64,000 bases of DNA from Callorhinchus milii (lineage: Eukaryota): NCBI RefSeq assembly GCF_018977255.1, contig NW_024704742.1, positions 62,622,001 through 62,686,000 of the forward strand, read 5' to 3'. The notes under the pieces were generated by a model. The model ran no database searches. It was given only the letters and a program-made list of their open reading frames with translations, and was not told where the DNA came from. The translations under genes and the position numbers were made by a program. The number at the start of each line of letters is the position of its first letter. Position 1 is the stretch's first letter. This document shows, piece by piece, positions 63,382 through 64,000 of the stretch.

Positions 63382-63606
63382 GAAGGGAAAGAGAGGGGGG
63401 GAGGAGAGGGGAGAGGTCAAAGCGGGGCATAGAGGAGAGAGCAGTGGGGCAATGGTGGTGGGAAGCGGCTACAAGGGAGCAGAGGGAGGGAGGTAGTGGT
63501 GGGAAATGGTCATAGGGAAAGAGTGAAGGGGAGAGAGGCAGTAGATTGGAAGGGAGGGGAGGAGCACAGAGGGGATGGTAAGAGAATGAGGAGGTCAGAG
63601 AGAAGC
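63382..63606. repeat. Purine-rich (GA) low-complexity tract
   Basis: About 220 nt dominated by G and A on the plus strand. Confidence 0.85.
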
Positions 63607-63789
63607 AACATCAGCTGAGTTCCTGTTTTTCAGTCATATCAAGCTGGAAAATGGGCATTTATTGATGATGAGTGATAATAGAATTGTGATCCTCGGCTCC
63701 ACATAATCCAATAACGTACTTTGTCAAAGTATGCATCTGTAGAATGGTCACATGTAAGATGCCTGTGAAACCGAACTCAAGTTAATTCG

Positions 63790-64000
63790 ACTAGTGATTA
63801 TCCTTGGGTGAGGGTAGGTAAATGGGGTCTCCTTGGAGCTGAACTGGCTCCAAGGTGACATGCCTGGCATAGAATGTCAGAATCAAGTTAATCTTCTGTG
63901 GTGGTCTTGGTGGTCTGTTTCTTGAGACAAGTCTGGAGTTCTCCAGTGTACTGCTGATAACAGACCAGTCAACCTGGTTCATCTTGGTAGACTGGTGAAT
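63790..64000 (+). repeat. Family U 5' part running off the window end
   Basis: TTGGAGCTGAACTGGCTCCAAGGTGACATG..GAATGTCAGAATCAAG matches 12687-12742. Confidence 0.75.

Noticed and set aside
1..64000. Antisense orientation bias of L2 relative to GALNTL6
   Set aside because: Roughly 11 plus versus 7 minus copies by eye; too few to support a bias.

Overview
This is eukaryotic (vertebrate) intronic DNA. The repeat content (L2 and CR1 LINEs, Deu-domain SINEs, an abundant tRNA-derived SINE) suggests a cartilaginous fish, which is an inference. The only confident host coding sequence is a 109-nt minus-strand exon (8570-8678) missing from the ORF track. It encodes [36 protein letters not shown](G), matching the stem-region exon of GALNTL6 as I recall the human protein, so the rest of the window is probably two large GALNTL6 introns. 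A large share of the window is decayed mobile elements: many L2 copies (one apparently full-length, single-ORF), CR1 fragments, a young tRNA-Ala-headed SINE sharing the L2 3' stem-loop, older DeuSINEs, a pogo/Tigger transposase relic and a hAT-like MITE. The long ORFs in the track are TE remnants or noise. Main leads: (1) a hairpin-rich, A-tailed repeat family I cannot classify, about 10 pieces; (2) a 48-bp fold-back hairpin built from an L2 3' UTR; (3) a candidate alternative first coding exon in frame with the GALNTL6 exon; (4) several nested or inverted TE rearrangements. Repeat boundaries were read by eye and are approximate (about +/-20 nt). No database search was run.
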